64,000 nt of DNA, taken from positions 5,220-69,219 of the forward strand of contig URPJ01000010.1 in the NCBI GenBank assembly GCA_900549745.1, in the 5' to 3' direction. A program made the position numbers and the translations under genes. Source of the DNA: an uncultured Collinsella sp. GTDB taxonomy: Bacteria; Actinomycetota; Coriobacteriia; Coriobacteriales; Coriobacteriaceae. Shown here piece by piece: positions 11,088-21,454 of this stretch (position 1 is its first letter; each line of letters begins with the position of its first letter). The notes below the pieces were generated by a model, which was not told where the DNA came from, made no database searches, and saw nothing but the letters and a program-made list of their open reading frames with translations.

Positions 11088-11498
11088 ATGGACGAAGAGC
11101 TTGATTACCTATGGGAGACCCTGGGCCTCGAGATCACTGCCGACCTTTGGCCCGAACGGGACAAAATCCATCCCACACTGCGCCCCGCCATTACTGTGGT
11201 GCAGGCAAAATACCGCCGTGCATCCTTTTTGATCATGCGGATGTCATGGCACGCGGGACTCCCCGACCTTAAGCGAATCCAGGCAAGCCTCGTCGAGTTG
11301 TCCGGTATGCCGACCGTCATATCCGAGGCGCACCTGGAGCAGCGCCAGCGCGAGCGACTGCAACAGCAGCGGATTCCCTTTATCTGCCCCGGCGTTCAGG
11401 CATATCTGCCCTTTATGGACGAGGAGTACTGGAGCGGCAAGCCCAACAAACACGTAAAGGTCTACGATCCGCACGAATGGGCACAGCTGGCGGACTGA
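11088..11498 (+). CDS. Hypothetical protein, possibly a stand-alone or truncated N-terminal domain
   Basis: ATG after a GAGG RBS, 136 aa. Contains QRERLQQQRIPFICPGVQAYLPF. Confidence 0.7.
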   Translation: MDEELDYLWETLGLEITADLWPERDKIHPTLRPAITVVQAKYRRASFLIMRMSWHAGLPDLKRIQASLVELSGMPTVISEAHLEQRQRERLQQQRIPFICPGVQAYLPFMDEEYWSGKPNKHVKVYDPHEWAQLAD

Positions 11499-11517
11499 CT
11501 GGGGCAGGCCCGCCGGC

Positions 11518-11687
11518 GGAAAGTGCGTCCCAGATTTCAAGCTCAAACTGGTCCCCACTTTCCCGTCGAGCCCTCAACCGGAAACCGTGTCCCACAATCG
11601 AAGCTCAGAATGGGACGTGCTTTCCGCAACCGGCCACTTTGGGAAAGCGCATCCCATTCTGGAAGCGAATTCCGGGTCGCACTTTCC
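11518..11687. repeat. Phased array of 3 palindromic units, exact 62-bp period
   Basis: GGAAA...TCCCA arms start at 11518, 11580 and 11642. Reverse arms ending in CTTTCC start at 11549, 11611 and 11673. Gaps are 16 nt. Confidence 0.88.
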
Positions 11688-11694
11688 GCAGCCG

Positions 11695-12054
11695 CTACAG
11701 CAACGCCTCGGCCCAAGCCGCTTCCCTAAAGCCGGGAATCGCAAAGTCGTCGCCCACCAGCAGCGGACGCTTGACCAGCATGCCGTCGGTCGCCAGCAGC
11801 TCGTAGCACTCCCGATCCGTCATGCCCGCATCCAGACGCGCCTTCAGGCCCAGCTCTCGATATTTCATGCCCGACGAATTAAAGAAGCGCCGCACCGGCA
11901 GCCCCGAACGAGCAATCCAGGTCGCAAGCTCATCAGCCGTGGGATTGTCCAAAACGATATCGCGATCGATATACTCTACCCCATGTTCGTCCAGCCATGC
12001 CTTGGCCTTCTTACAGGTCGAGCACTTGGGATATTCAACAAACAGTACAGTCAT
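11695..12054 (-). CDS. ArsC/Spx/MgsR family (arsenate reductase-like) protein
   Basis: YPKCSTCKKAKAWL, FFNSSGMKYRELGLK, DGMLVKRPLLV. Start at ATG 12054 after GGAGG. Confidence 0.92.
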   Translation of the reverse strand: MTVLFVEYPKCSTCKKAKAWLDEHGVEYIDRDIVLDNPTADELATWIARSGLPVRRFFNSSGMKYRELGLKARLDAGMTDRECYELLATDGMLVKRPLLVGDDFAIPGFREAAWAEALL

Positions 12055-12146
12055 GGGAATCCTCCGAATATAGATCGGCCAACGCAGGCACACGCCACAC
12101 GAGGCGCCTTCGTATGATGGGCCAATTGTAGCCCGCGGGTCACACG

Positions 12147-13199
12147 TTAAACGAACCGTACCCCGAATCCGCGCTTGATAAACGGCAGCAGTTCCATTGC
12201 CTCGGGCGTGATATGGCCCGCAACGTTCATGCGCTCGTCACCGGGAAGATCGACCCGCGCAATCTCAAGCTCGCCTTCGTAGCGCCCATATCCGCTATTG
12301 CTCACAGCGATCGATCCCGCCTTTCGCGGCAGGCCGGCTCCGGCATCCGTCGGCACGGAATCCGGCTTAAGCTTCGTACGTGACTCCTGAGACCTAAAGA
12401 TGAGGACACTCGAGTCGGGCCGGTCGTGATGAATCTGCCCGCGCACATAGGCATAACTGAGCTCAAGCTCGCATTGCAGGTCCACGTATCCGGCGGAAAC
12501 TTGAGCAAACTGCGCCCAGCCCGCATCGGAAAGATCGGGGTCGCCGACCAACACAATGTCGCAATCGGCGCCATGTGCAAGCTCAAGCATATTGAGGGCA
12601 ACCTTTGACGCGCGACCGCGCTGCGCCTCGACCGTCGGCAGTCCCTCGAATACCGGCCCGCGAACGTTAGCATCACCCGGCACAAAAGCCATGATTTCGA
12701 ATCCAAGCGCCGCAAGACGAAGATTCACCCGAGCAATGTCCTCCAGAGCTAAACCGGTATAAGGCTTGGGGTAAAAATTGTGGCAGGCGGCAAAACGAGT
12801 CACATCGGCACCGGCCTCACGCCACGATGCGATTTCATCAGAACTCACTGTCGATGCATTGACCACAATGCGAAATACACCGGACAGCTCCGCGACCCGC
12901 TGGGCGCTAAAGCCATAGTCCAAACGAAGGTATTCCAACCCCAGATCGCGCAAGTCCTCGATGCGCTCAAGCCCGAGCAAATCGCACGTGCGAGGCCCCA
13001 CATCGGCAATGAGCGCAATGCCGCGGGCGGAAAGCAGCGACAGCACATGACGGGCCTTATCGGCATACGCCGCTCCCCCATCCTCGGGAATATGCAGCGA
13101 GGTGAACGCATAGCGCGCACCCGCCGCGGCACCACGCTCAATCGTCCGCTCAATATCCTGCAGAGGGCTGGAAAGATAAATCGAAATACCCGTTTTCAC
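12147..13199 (-). CDS. mupG: MupG/DUF871 family 6-phospho-N-acetylmuramidase
   Basis: GISIY, FTSLHIPE, LRLDYGF, NAST, ACHNFYPKPYTGL, RGPVFEGLPTVE, RYEGELEI. Sits in a mur operon. Confidence 0.85.
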   Translation of the reverse strand: MKTGISIYLSSPLQDIERTIERGAAAGARYAFTSLHIPEDGGAAYADKARHVLSLLSARGIALIADVGPRTCDLLGLERIEDLRDLGLEYLRLDYGFSAQRVAELSGVFRIVVNASTVSSDEIASWREAGADVTRFAACHNFYPKPYTGLALEDIARVNLRLAALGFEIMAFVPGDANVRGPVFEGLPTVEAQRGRASKVALNMLELAHGADCDIVLVGDPDLSDAGWAQFAQVSAGYVDLQCELELSYAYVRGQIHHDRPDSSVLIFRSQESRTKLKPDSVPTDAGAGLPRKAGSIAVSNSGYGRYEGELEIARVDLPGDERMNVAGHITPEAMELLPFIKRGFGVRFV

Positions 13200-13215
13200 G
13201 CTTCAACGCTCCTTT

Positions 13216-13249
13216 AAAAAAGGCCGGCGGAGCAGTTAGCCCCGCCGGC
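13216..13249 (-). terminator. Terminator-like hairpin between murP and mupG
   Basis: GCCGGCGG/CCGCCGGC stem plus a U6 tract on the minus strand. Confidence 0.6.
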
Positions 13250-13316
13250 ACAACCATAGCATCAAGAAATCTGCCGCGCACCGCGAGCCCCGAGCAACAC
13301 GGCTCGCGATATCAAA

Positions 13317-14747
13317 CTACTCGCCAAAGAACTCGTTGATCTTCTGCTCGTCGACGCCAAAGAACCACGTCAGGACAAAGCCGGCGGCATAGGCAAGCAG
13401 CATAGCGGCAACGTAGCCGAGCTGCTGGCCAGGAACAACGATCAGCAGGCCAAACAGACCGGAAACGCCCTGAGAAACCGTGCCGATGTGAAGCAGCGCC
13501 GCGAGCGCGCCGCCAAATCCGGCACCCAGGCAGGCCGTCACAAACGGACGAACGAGCGGCAGCGTAACAGCATACATCAGAGGCTCTCCCACACCCAGGA
13601 TTCCAACGGGAATGGACTCTGCGACGTACTTCTTGAGCTTGGCGTTCTTGGTCTTAAAGTACAGCGCCAAACCGGCACCGACCTGGCCGCCGCCAGCCAT
13701 CATAAGGATGGGAAGCAGGTAATTGATACCCTTGGTAGCGCCGTCGGGATCGTTGAGCATAGCGTGGATCGGCGTGAGCGCCTGATGCAGGCCGACGGAA
13801 ACCAGCGGCAAGAAGCCTGCCGACAGGATATAGCCGCCCAGGACGCCCAGCTTCTCGAAGATAAAGGTCAAAACGCTAAAGATGGCAGTCGTCAGCCATG
13901 CGCCAACCGGCTGGATGACGAGCATCAGAGCAAAGGCGCCGATGATGAGCACCAGCAGCGGAGACAAGAACGTGTCGAGTGCGTTGGGCATAACCTTGCG
14001 AATCTGACGCTCCATCCAGGCAAAAAATGCGCCAGCGATGAGAGCCGCGATCATGCCGCCCGCTGCGGGGTTGTATTGCGCATTGGTGAGCGGCAGCAGA
14101 ATGGCAGTGGCAGGATCAGCCGCGCCAGGCGCAAGCAGGGGCATGGCACTGTTGGCGATACACATCATGCCGGCGATGCCGCCCAGCGCAGCGGAGCCAC
14201 CAAACTCACGTGCCGCGTTATAGCCCACCAAGATGGGCAGATAGGCAAACAGGGCCCAGCCCATGGAACGAATGCCCTGGTACCACCACTCGCCTGCAAG
14301 CGCGCCTGCCGTCGAGACGTTAATGACGTTGCAGATACCGTTGATGAGGCCAGCCGCAATGATGCCGGGAAGTAGGGCGACGAAGACATTGGAAATCTTC
14401 TTGAGGAAGGCCTGAACCGGCTTGGACTCGTACTTGGCCTTCTGCGCGGCCTTGTTTGTGGCCGCAGCGTCAACCACGCTCTCGTCAGCAACGCCTTTCG
14501 CAAGGCCGGTGAGCTTGGAGAACTCCTCGAGCACCTTATTCACCTTGCCCGGACCCAGCACGATCTGCATCGTGTCGTCCTCGACCAGGCCCATCACGCC
14601 GTCGAGTGCCTTAATGCCCTCCGTGTCGACGTTGCCCGTGTCTTTGACGGTCACGCGCAGGCGCGTCATGCACGCCGCGTTTGCGAGCACGTTGTCTTTA
14701 CCGCCCAAAAGGTCCAGCAGCTTTTGAGCCAGCTCTTTGTTCGTCAT
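13317..14747 (-). CDS. murP: PTS EIIBC, N-acetylmuramic acid type
   Basis: N-terminal EIIB CMTRLR, QIVLGPG, EIIC GLHQAL, GILGVGEPLMY. Adjacent to murQ. Confidence 0.88.
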   Translation of the reverse strand: MTNKELAQKLLDLLGGKDNVLANAACMTRLRVTVKDTGNVDTEGIKALDGVMGLVEDDTMQIVLGPGKVNKVLEEFSKLTGLAKGVADESVVDAAATNKAAQKAKYESKPVQAFLKKISNVFVALLPGIIAAGLINGICNVINVSTAGALAGEWWYQGIRSMGWALFAYLPILVGYNAAREFGGSAALGGIAGMMCIANSAMPLLAPGAADPATAILLPLTNAQYNPAAGGMIAALIAGAFFAWMERQIRKVMPNALDTFLSPLLVLIIGAFALMLVIQPVGAWLTTAIFSVLTFIFEKLGVLGGYILSAGFLPLVSVGLHQALTPIHAMLNDPDGATKGINYLLPILMMAGGGQVGAGLALYFKTKNAKLKKYVAESIPVGILGVGEPLMYAVTLPLVRPFVTACLGAGFGGALAALLHIGTVSQGVSGLFGLLIVVPGQQLGYVAAMLLAYAAGFVLTWFFGVDEQKINEFFGE

Positions 14748-14804
14748 AACTCCTCCTTGTATTGGGTATCTCGTCTGAATGTCATATCAGCTCACGCCGC
14801 GCAC

Positions 14805-15728
<924 letters not shown>

Positions 15729-15738
15729 TTCATTCACC

Positions 15739-16590
15739 TCATCTTTCCTGTTTCTCGATGTAGTTTTGCTTAATGACATGCGTCGCCCGTTCGTAGTCGC
15801 TGGCAACGTAAGCAGCGTACAGGGCATCGACAACCATAAGCTGGGCCATACGCGAAGCCATGGCACCGCTGCGGACCAAGGGTTCACTCGCAGCGACGCC
15901 GAGCACGGCATCGGCCATGGTGGCAAGCTTGGATGATCCATCTACTTTGGTAACGGCCACTACGGGACAGTTGTGGCGTTGAGCCTCGGCGGTGCAGTCC
16001 AGCACCTCTTGCGTCAAGCCCGAGTAACTAAAGGCGATTGCCATATCGCCCTCATGCATGTTCTTGGCACATAAGAGCTGATCATGCCAGTCGTCGTACA
16101 GATGGCACTCTTTGTCGACACGCATGAGCTTTTGCGCCAGGTCGTGCGCGACCAAACGAGAAGCACCAATACCGAACAGATTGACCGCGCGTGCCCGCTT
16201 AAGACGGGCCGCGCGTCGCTCCAAGACGGTGTAATCGAGCGTTCGCGCCGTCGCCTCGATCGTGCGCACGTTGCTTTTCATCACCTTCCCCACGATGCGT
16301 TCGACGCTGTCATCCATGGAGATGTCCTCGAGAGCAACGTCTTTCTTGTCACCTAAGAGCGCCAGCTCGGCAATCAGTTCGCGCTGGAACTCCTTGTAGC
16401 CCGCAAAACCCAAACGCTTGCAAAAGCGCAAAATGCTCGAGGGCGAGGAGAACGTGACATCGGCAAGACCGCGGACGGACAGCCCGACCACCTCGTGCGG
16501 ATGAGCGCTTACATATGCGATGACATTGCGTTCCGCCGGGCTCGCGCTAAGCTCACGCTCGCGAAGCCGCAAAAGCAATCCGTTTGCCAT
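15739..16590 (-). CDS. murR: MurR/RpiR family transcriptional regulator
   Basis: N-terminal HTH (SSILRFCKRLGFAGYKEF) plus SIS domain (FGIGAS, SYSG). GGAGGTG RBS before ATG 16590. Confidence 0.88.
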   Translation of the reverse strand: MANGLLLRLRERELSASPAERNVIAYVSAHPHEVVGLSVRGLADVTFSSPSSILRFCKRLGFAGYKEFQRELIAELALLGDKKDVALEDISMDDSVERIVGKVMKSNVRTIEATARTLDYTVLERRAARLKRARAVNLFGIGASRLVAHDLAQKLMRVDKECHLYDDWHDQLLCAKNMHEGDMAIAFSYSGLTQEVLDCTAEAQRHNCPVVAVTKVDGSSKLATMADAVLGVAASEPLVRSGAMASRMAQLMVVDALYAAYVASDYERATHVIKQNYIEKQER

Positions 16591-16794
16591 CTCAAACACC
16601 TCCGTTGAGAAGAATTAAAGACCAACGAACGATTCGTACCGGATACAAACAGCTTTTGCGGTACATTGTGCCGCATCGTGGCGCACAAAGGGCGAGCGTT
16701 CTACCGCTCGCCCCTCAAATCCGACCGCTCGGAAATACGCGCGACACAAAATAATTCAACGAGGCCGCATTATCAGAAACGGGTTTGTTACCGG

Positions 16795-17376
16795 CTAGCG
16801 CCTCGCATGGGCGCCGATCGGCCGAGTCGCATGGCGCACCAACGCCGCTGCCAGCAATACCAACAGCATGGCGGTGACATAGCCCGCAGCATCGAATCCT
16901 AAATCGATAACGTCGAAATGCCTGCCGGGAACAAAGATCTTATGTACCTGATCGCCAACGGAGCAGGCGGCGCAAAAGAGCAATACGGGCACGCAACGGG
17001 AGCATACGCTCCACGGATGCCTGGAAAGGCAAACCACGACCACCGAGGCGAACAACCCGACGAAGAAAAATTCTACGGTATGGGCAACGCGACGGACGTT
17101 CGTGCCCACCCACATGCGAATGGAAGTAAGTCGGCCAGACCGGGCATTCGAGGCAGCCGAATCGGTGCCCCCGGTCATTCCGTTCTCCGCTTGGGCTTCA
17201 CCCGTGGCATCGGCAGCCTGAACGCCCGTAGCCTGACCCTCCACCACACGCGCGGTGGACTCGCTCAGCAACGACGTCTCCACCGCATTTTGCTCCGTCA
17301 GCGCCCAGATGCCCGCCAGCGTTGCAGCGAACAGAACGATCGCGGTCCATCCGATTATTTGTTTTACGCGAGCCAA
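16795..17376 (-). CDS. VanZ family membrane protein
   Basis: VRRVAHTVEF, DQVHKIFVPGRHFDVIDLGFD resemble the VanZ motifs. AAGGAGG RBS before a TTG start. Confidence 0.8.
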   Translation of the reverse strand: MARVKQIIGWTAIVLFAATLAGIWALTEQNAVETSLLSESTARVVEGQATGVQAADATGEAQAENGMTGGTDSAASNARSGRLTSIRMWVGTNVRRVAHTVEFFFVGLFASVVVVCLSRHPWSVCSRCVPVLLFCAACSVGDQVHKIFVPGRHFDVIDLGFDAAGYVTAMLLVLLAAALVRHATRPIGAHARR

Positions 17377-17480
17377 GGGCCAACCTCCTTTTTTGAATAT
17401 CAGCGAGTGTAGCCCAAAATGGCATCGTCACCGTATCAAAATTTGAATCGCAACAGGAAGCGACAAAGCGACGCAAACCC

Positions 17481-18086
17481 CTACCCCGCCTCGCGCATCC
17501 AGCGATCGAACGTCCCCACGCACACGCCCAGGCATTTTGCTGCCTGGCTGCGGGTAATATCGCCTGCCTCATAGCTATCGCGCACCAGCTCAAACTGAGG
17601 AGGGCACGGCTTGCGAGGTCGACCGAAACGGACCCCTCGCGCTCGCGCCGCTGCAATCCCCTCCGCCTGGCGCCGATGGATATTCTCGCGCTCCACCTGC
17701 GCCACGTAGCTCAGCAGTTGCAGCACAATATCGGCAATCAGGGTGTTGGTCACATCCGGCGCGCCGCTGGCCCTGACGCGCGTGTCAAGCAATGGCATGT
17801 CCAACACCACAATGGCAACCCCGAGCTCCTTGGTAATGCGTCGCCATTCCTCAAGAATCTCGGAGTAATTACGGCCAAGTCGGTCGATAGAAAGCACCAC
17901 CAGTACGTCCCCGTCTCCCAGGACGTGCAGCAGCTCGCGATAACGCGGTCGATCGAAGTCCTTGCCGCTCGCATGGTCGGCATAAATATTCGCCGAGCCC
18001 ACGCCATAGGCGCCCAGCGCATCCAGCTGCCGATTAAGGTTCTGATCGCGCGAACTCACCCGCGCATAACCGTACACCGTCGCCAT
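17481..18086 (-). CDS. Small serine recombinase (resolvase/invertase family)
   Basis: YGYARVSSRDQN, D-x-x-SG, DRLGRN, ERENIHRRQAEGIAAARARGVRFGRP, C-terminal HTH. Confidence 0.93.
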   Translation of the reverse strand: MATVYGYARVSSRDQNLNRQLDALGAYGVGSANIYADHASGKDFDRPRYRELLHVLGDGDVLVVLSIDRLGRNYSEILEEWRRITKELGVAIVVLDMPLLDTRVRASGAPDVTNTLIADIVLQLLSYVAQVERENIHRRQAEGIAAARARGVRFGRPRKPCPPQFELVRDSYEAGDITRSQAAKCLGVCVGTFDRWMREAG

Positions 18087-18106
18087 CTCATCCCCGCTTT
18101 CTTGTA

Positions 18107-18144
18107 AACCTGCCAAAAGGGACAGGTTTATTTTGGTAGGTTTT
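18107..18144. repeat. Short palindromic repeat with GGGACAGG loop
   Basis: AACCTGCCAAAAGGGACAGGTTTATTTTGGTAGGTTTT. A near-identical copy lies at 30233-30271. Confidence 0.8.
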
Positions 18145-18262
18145 ACCTCTCAAATAGCAGGTAAGCGGGCGGCCGAGCAGACGGCAAGGTAGCCACGATT
18201 CAAATGCGGAGGGCGGTCCCGAAAGGCCGCCCTCCGCTCTCCCGCCATGAGTCGGGATTTGG

Positions 18263-20398
18263 CTAATGGATAAGCTTAAAGTCCAAGTGCCCACGCGTGG
18301 TATTGACGCGCGAGACCTCGATAATCACGCGCTGCCCCAGCTCGTAACGGGTGCCCGTGTCGGCACCTGTGAGCGTGAGCGCGTCCTCGTCGAACTCGAA
18401 CCACTCGTTGCCCAGGCTCTTGATCGAAACCAAGCCTTCGACCTGCGTTAGGTCCAAGCGCACAAAGAGGCCCATGCTGCTAACCCACGAGACGGTTCCG
18501 GCATAGCGCTCGCCCAGACGGTCCTCATAGTACTGGGCAATCTTGATCTTTTGCGTCGCATGGCTGGCGGCATCGGCCGCGCGCTCGGCATCGCTGCATG
18601 CGCGGCAGATCTGCGGCAGAATGCGCGGCAGCGACTCGCGCCCCTTGCCGATCAGCCGCGGCGTACGGACCAAGGCGTCCTTGCCGCCGAGCCGCTCATA
18701 GGCCAACTGCAGTTTGAGCACGCGGTGCACCACCAGATCGGGGTAGCGACGGATGGGACTCGTAAAGTGGCAGTAGCACGGCGCGGCGAGCGCAAAGTGG
18801 CCCTCGTTGCGCGGCTTGTACAGCGCGCGCTGCATGCTGCGCAGAAGCAGCGTGTTGACGAGCGGTGCGTTGGCCGTACCGGCGGCAGCATCGACTGCAG
18901 CCTGCAGCTCATCGGGGCTCCCCAGGGCAATACCGGCAGCACGGCGATCGTCGATGATGCCTAGCTGCGCCAGCGCAACGGCAGCACCGTGCAGGCTATC
19001 GGGGCTCGGATCCTCATGCACGCGATAGCAGGCCTCGATATCACGGTCTGCCAGCCACTCTGCAACGCACTCGTTGGCGAGCAGCATGGCTTCCTCGATA
19101 AGCGACGTGGCACACGAACGCTCACGCGCCACAATCTGCACGGGCACTCCGTCCTCATCCAATAGAGCGCGAATCTCGGCTGTGTCAAAATCGACTGAGC
19201 CGCGGGCGCGACGAATACGACGGCGAAGTTCGGCGAGTTCGTTAGCGGCGACAAGGAAATCGCCGAGGTCGATGTTGTAGCCGCGGGCGGCCTCCTCGCA
19301 CGCAAGACCGCGCTCAAGCGCTTCCTCGCGCGAGGTCTCGGCAGCCGCAACATCCTCGGCTGCACCCTCCAGCACCGAATACTCAACCGCGCCGGCACGC
19401 ACCAGCAGCGCCTCGGCGCCGTCATAGTCCATACGCACACGCGAGCGAATCACGCTGGGATACGGATCGTAATGCCGCACGCGACCCTGCGCATCGAGCT
19501 CGATATCGACGGTAAACGCAAGACGGTCCTCGTCAGGGCGAAGCGAGCACAGGTCATTGGACAGGCGTTCGGGCAGCATGGGAAGCACGCGATCGGCCAG
19601 ATACACCGATGTCGTACGATGGCGAGCCTCAAGATCGATATGCCCGTCCCAAGCCACATAGTGTGAAACGTCGGCGATATGCACACCCAGCTTGTAGCCA
19701 CCCTCGGGCGTGCGCTCCAACGAAATGGCATCGTCAAAGTCGCGCGCGTCGACCGGGTCGATCGTGATGACAAAGCGGTCGCGCAGATCGCGGCGGAGCG
19801 GGTCCTTAAGCGCCGCGGACACATCGAGCGAAAGCCCCTCGGCCTCGTCCAGCGCGGCCTCGGGATAGCTATCGGTATAGCCGTAGCGCGCCATCACATA
19901 TTGAACGCCCAAATCGGGCGCGTCATCTCCGCCAATGTGGCGTTCGATCGTCACAGCGCCCGATTCCAGGCGCGTCGGGTAGGTCAAAATGCGCGCGACA
20001 ACAGCATCACCCGGGTGAACGCCCAGACGATCCGCCGAGGTATCCTCAGGCAGAATGAAGAAGTCGGCCTTCAGACGCGAATCGAGCGGCTCGATCACAC
20101 CGAGCGGACCGGCGGTCTGGTACGTACCCACCACGCTTATGGCTGCGCGCTCAACCACGCCTTCGATCACGGCGCGCCGCTCACCGTGCGGGCTGTTCTT
20201 AATGCTCACGGCAACGGTATCGCCATCCATGATCTCGCGCTTGCCACGGCCCATGACCTTGTAGTCGCCGTTTTCGGTTACAACGTAGGCACTGTGCTCA
20301 TGGAGCTGCACGCGCCCGGTCAGGCTCGGACGGCGTTCGCTGCGCACCGGCCCGCGCTTATTGCGAGCTCCACGCTTATGCTTGTTATTGCGCCCCAT
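18263..20398 (-). CDS. rnr: Ribonuclease R
   Basis: TIDPVDARDFDDAIS, HIADVSHYV, IEEAMLLAN, HFTSPIRRYPDL, C-terminal S1 domain. Confidence 0.95.
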   Translation of the reverse strand: MGRNNKHKRGARNKRGPVRSERRPSLTGRVQLHEHSAYVVTENGDYKVMGRGKREIMDGDTVAVSIKNSPHGERRAVIEGVVERAAISVVGTYQTAGPLGVIEPLDSRLKADFFILPEDTSADRLGVHPGDAVVARILTYPTRLESGAVTIERHIGGDDAPDLGVQYVMARYGYTDSYPEAALDEAEGLSLDVSAALKDPLRRDLRDRFVITIDPVDARDFDDAISLERTPEGGYKLGVHIADVSHYVAWDGHIDLEARHRTTSVYLADRVLPMLPERLSNDLCSLRPDEDRLAFTVDIELDAQGRVRHYDPYPSVIRSRVRMDYDGAEALLVRAGAVEYSVLEGAAEDVAAAETSREEALERGLACEEAARGYNIDLGDFLVAANELAELRRRIRRARGSVDFDTAEIRALLDEDGVPVQIVARERSCATSLIEEAMLLANECVAEWLADRDIEACYRVHEDPSPDSLHGAAVALAQLGIIDDRRAAGIALGSPDELQAAVDAAAGTANAPLVNTLLLRSMQRALYKPRNEGHFALAAPCYCHFTSPIRRYPDLVVHRVLKLQLAYERLGGKDALVRTPRLIGKGRESLPRILPQICRACSDAERAADAASHATQKIKIAQYYEDRLGERYAGTVSWVSSMGLFVRLDLTQVEGLVSIKSLGNEWFEFDEDALTLTGADTGTRYELGQRVIIEVSRVNTTRGHLDFKLIH

Positions 20399-20475
20399 GG
20401 CGCCTCCTAACTATCGATTGCCGACTCCAAAGAGTCTACCCAAATGATTCGCCATCCTGCCGTCCCCTAGGGATC

Positions 20476-20509
20476 AAAAAACGGGCCGCCCCATAAGAGA
20501 CGACCCGTT
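20476..20509 (-). terminator. Intrinsic terminator after ftsX
   Basis: AAAAAACGGG...CCCGTT hairpin. Confidence 0.6.
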
Positions 20510-20533
20510 GGAAGGGATGAATTCCAGGCATGC

Positions 20534-21454
20534 CTACACGCGCAGGTAGCGGCGCATGGCGATGGCAGAACCAAAGAGACCGATAATCACGCCGACCAGA
20601 ATCAGCGCAGCATAGGTCACCAGGTAGTACTGCATCGGCAGGGCAAACGACATCCAGCCGATGCTCTCCTGCAGACGCGGAATCATCAGATTGCGCAGCA
20701 GCTCCAGAACGCCGATGGAAAGCAGCGAGCCCAAAATGGCCTGCAGCACGCCCTCGGTGATAAACGGGCCACGAATGAAGCCGTTGCTGGCGCCGACCAG
20801 ACGCATAATCGCAATCTCACGACGACGCGCCGTGATGGACAGGCGAATCGTGTTGTTGATGAAGATGAATGCGATAAAGGTCAGAAGGCCAACGAGCACC
20901 ACGGCGGCGATGCGGATGTAGTTGGTCACCTGGAACAGGCGGCTCACTTCCTCCTGGCCGTACAGCACGCTCGCGTTGACGTCGCCGTCATCCGCGATCT
21001 TCTGGAAATCGGCATCCTTCTTGAGCTTCTTGGCCGTGCTCTCGACCTGAGACGGATCGTCCATCTCAATCGCAAACGAGGCGGGCAGCGGGTTCTGGCC
21101 GTCGAGCGCGCTCATGGTGGCGTCGGCGTTACCCGACATCTTGCTCGTGTACTCGGCCAGCGCGTCGTCCTTATCCTTATAGGTCACGGACTTGACGTTG
21201 CTCCACGTCTTAAGTTCGGCCTCAAAAGCCTGAACATCGGCCTGATCGGCGTCATCACTAATGAACGCGTTGATGACAACCTGATCCTCGACGGTACCGA
21301 TCACGGAGTTCAGCATCGCGGAACCCATAATGAACAGGCCGATGATAAACAGCGAAAGGAAGATCGTGATGACGGCGCCGAGCGAGGTAGTCCAGTTACG
21401 GAAGAAGTGGCTGATTGCCTCTTTGAAGGAGTAGCCCACGTTAGTTGGTGCCAT
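20534..21454 (-). CDS. ftsX: Cell division permease-like protein FtsX
   Basis: NPLPASF, INNTIRLSITARRREIAIMRLVGASNGFIRGPF. ATG 21454 overlaps the end of ftsE. Confidence 0.95.
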   Translation of the reverse strand: MAPTNVGYSFKEAISHFFRNWTTSLGAVITIFLSLFIIGLFIMGSAMLNSVIGTVEDQVVINAFISDDADQADVQAFEAELKTWSNVKSVTYKDKDDALAEYTSKMSGNADATMSALDGQNPLPASFAIEMDDPSQVESTAKKLKKDADFQKIADDGDVNASVLYGQEEVSRLFQVTNYIRIAAVVLVGLLTFIAFIFINNTIRLSITARRREIAIMRLVGASNGFIRGPFITEGVLQAILGSLLSIGVLELLRNLMIPRLQESIGWMSFALPMQYYLVTYAALILVGVIIGLFGSAIAMRRYLRV

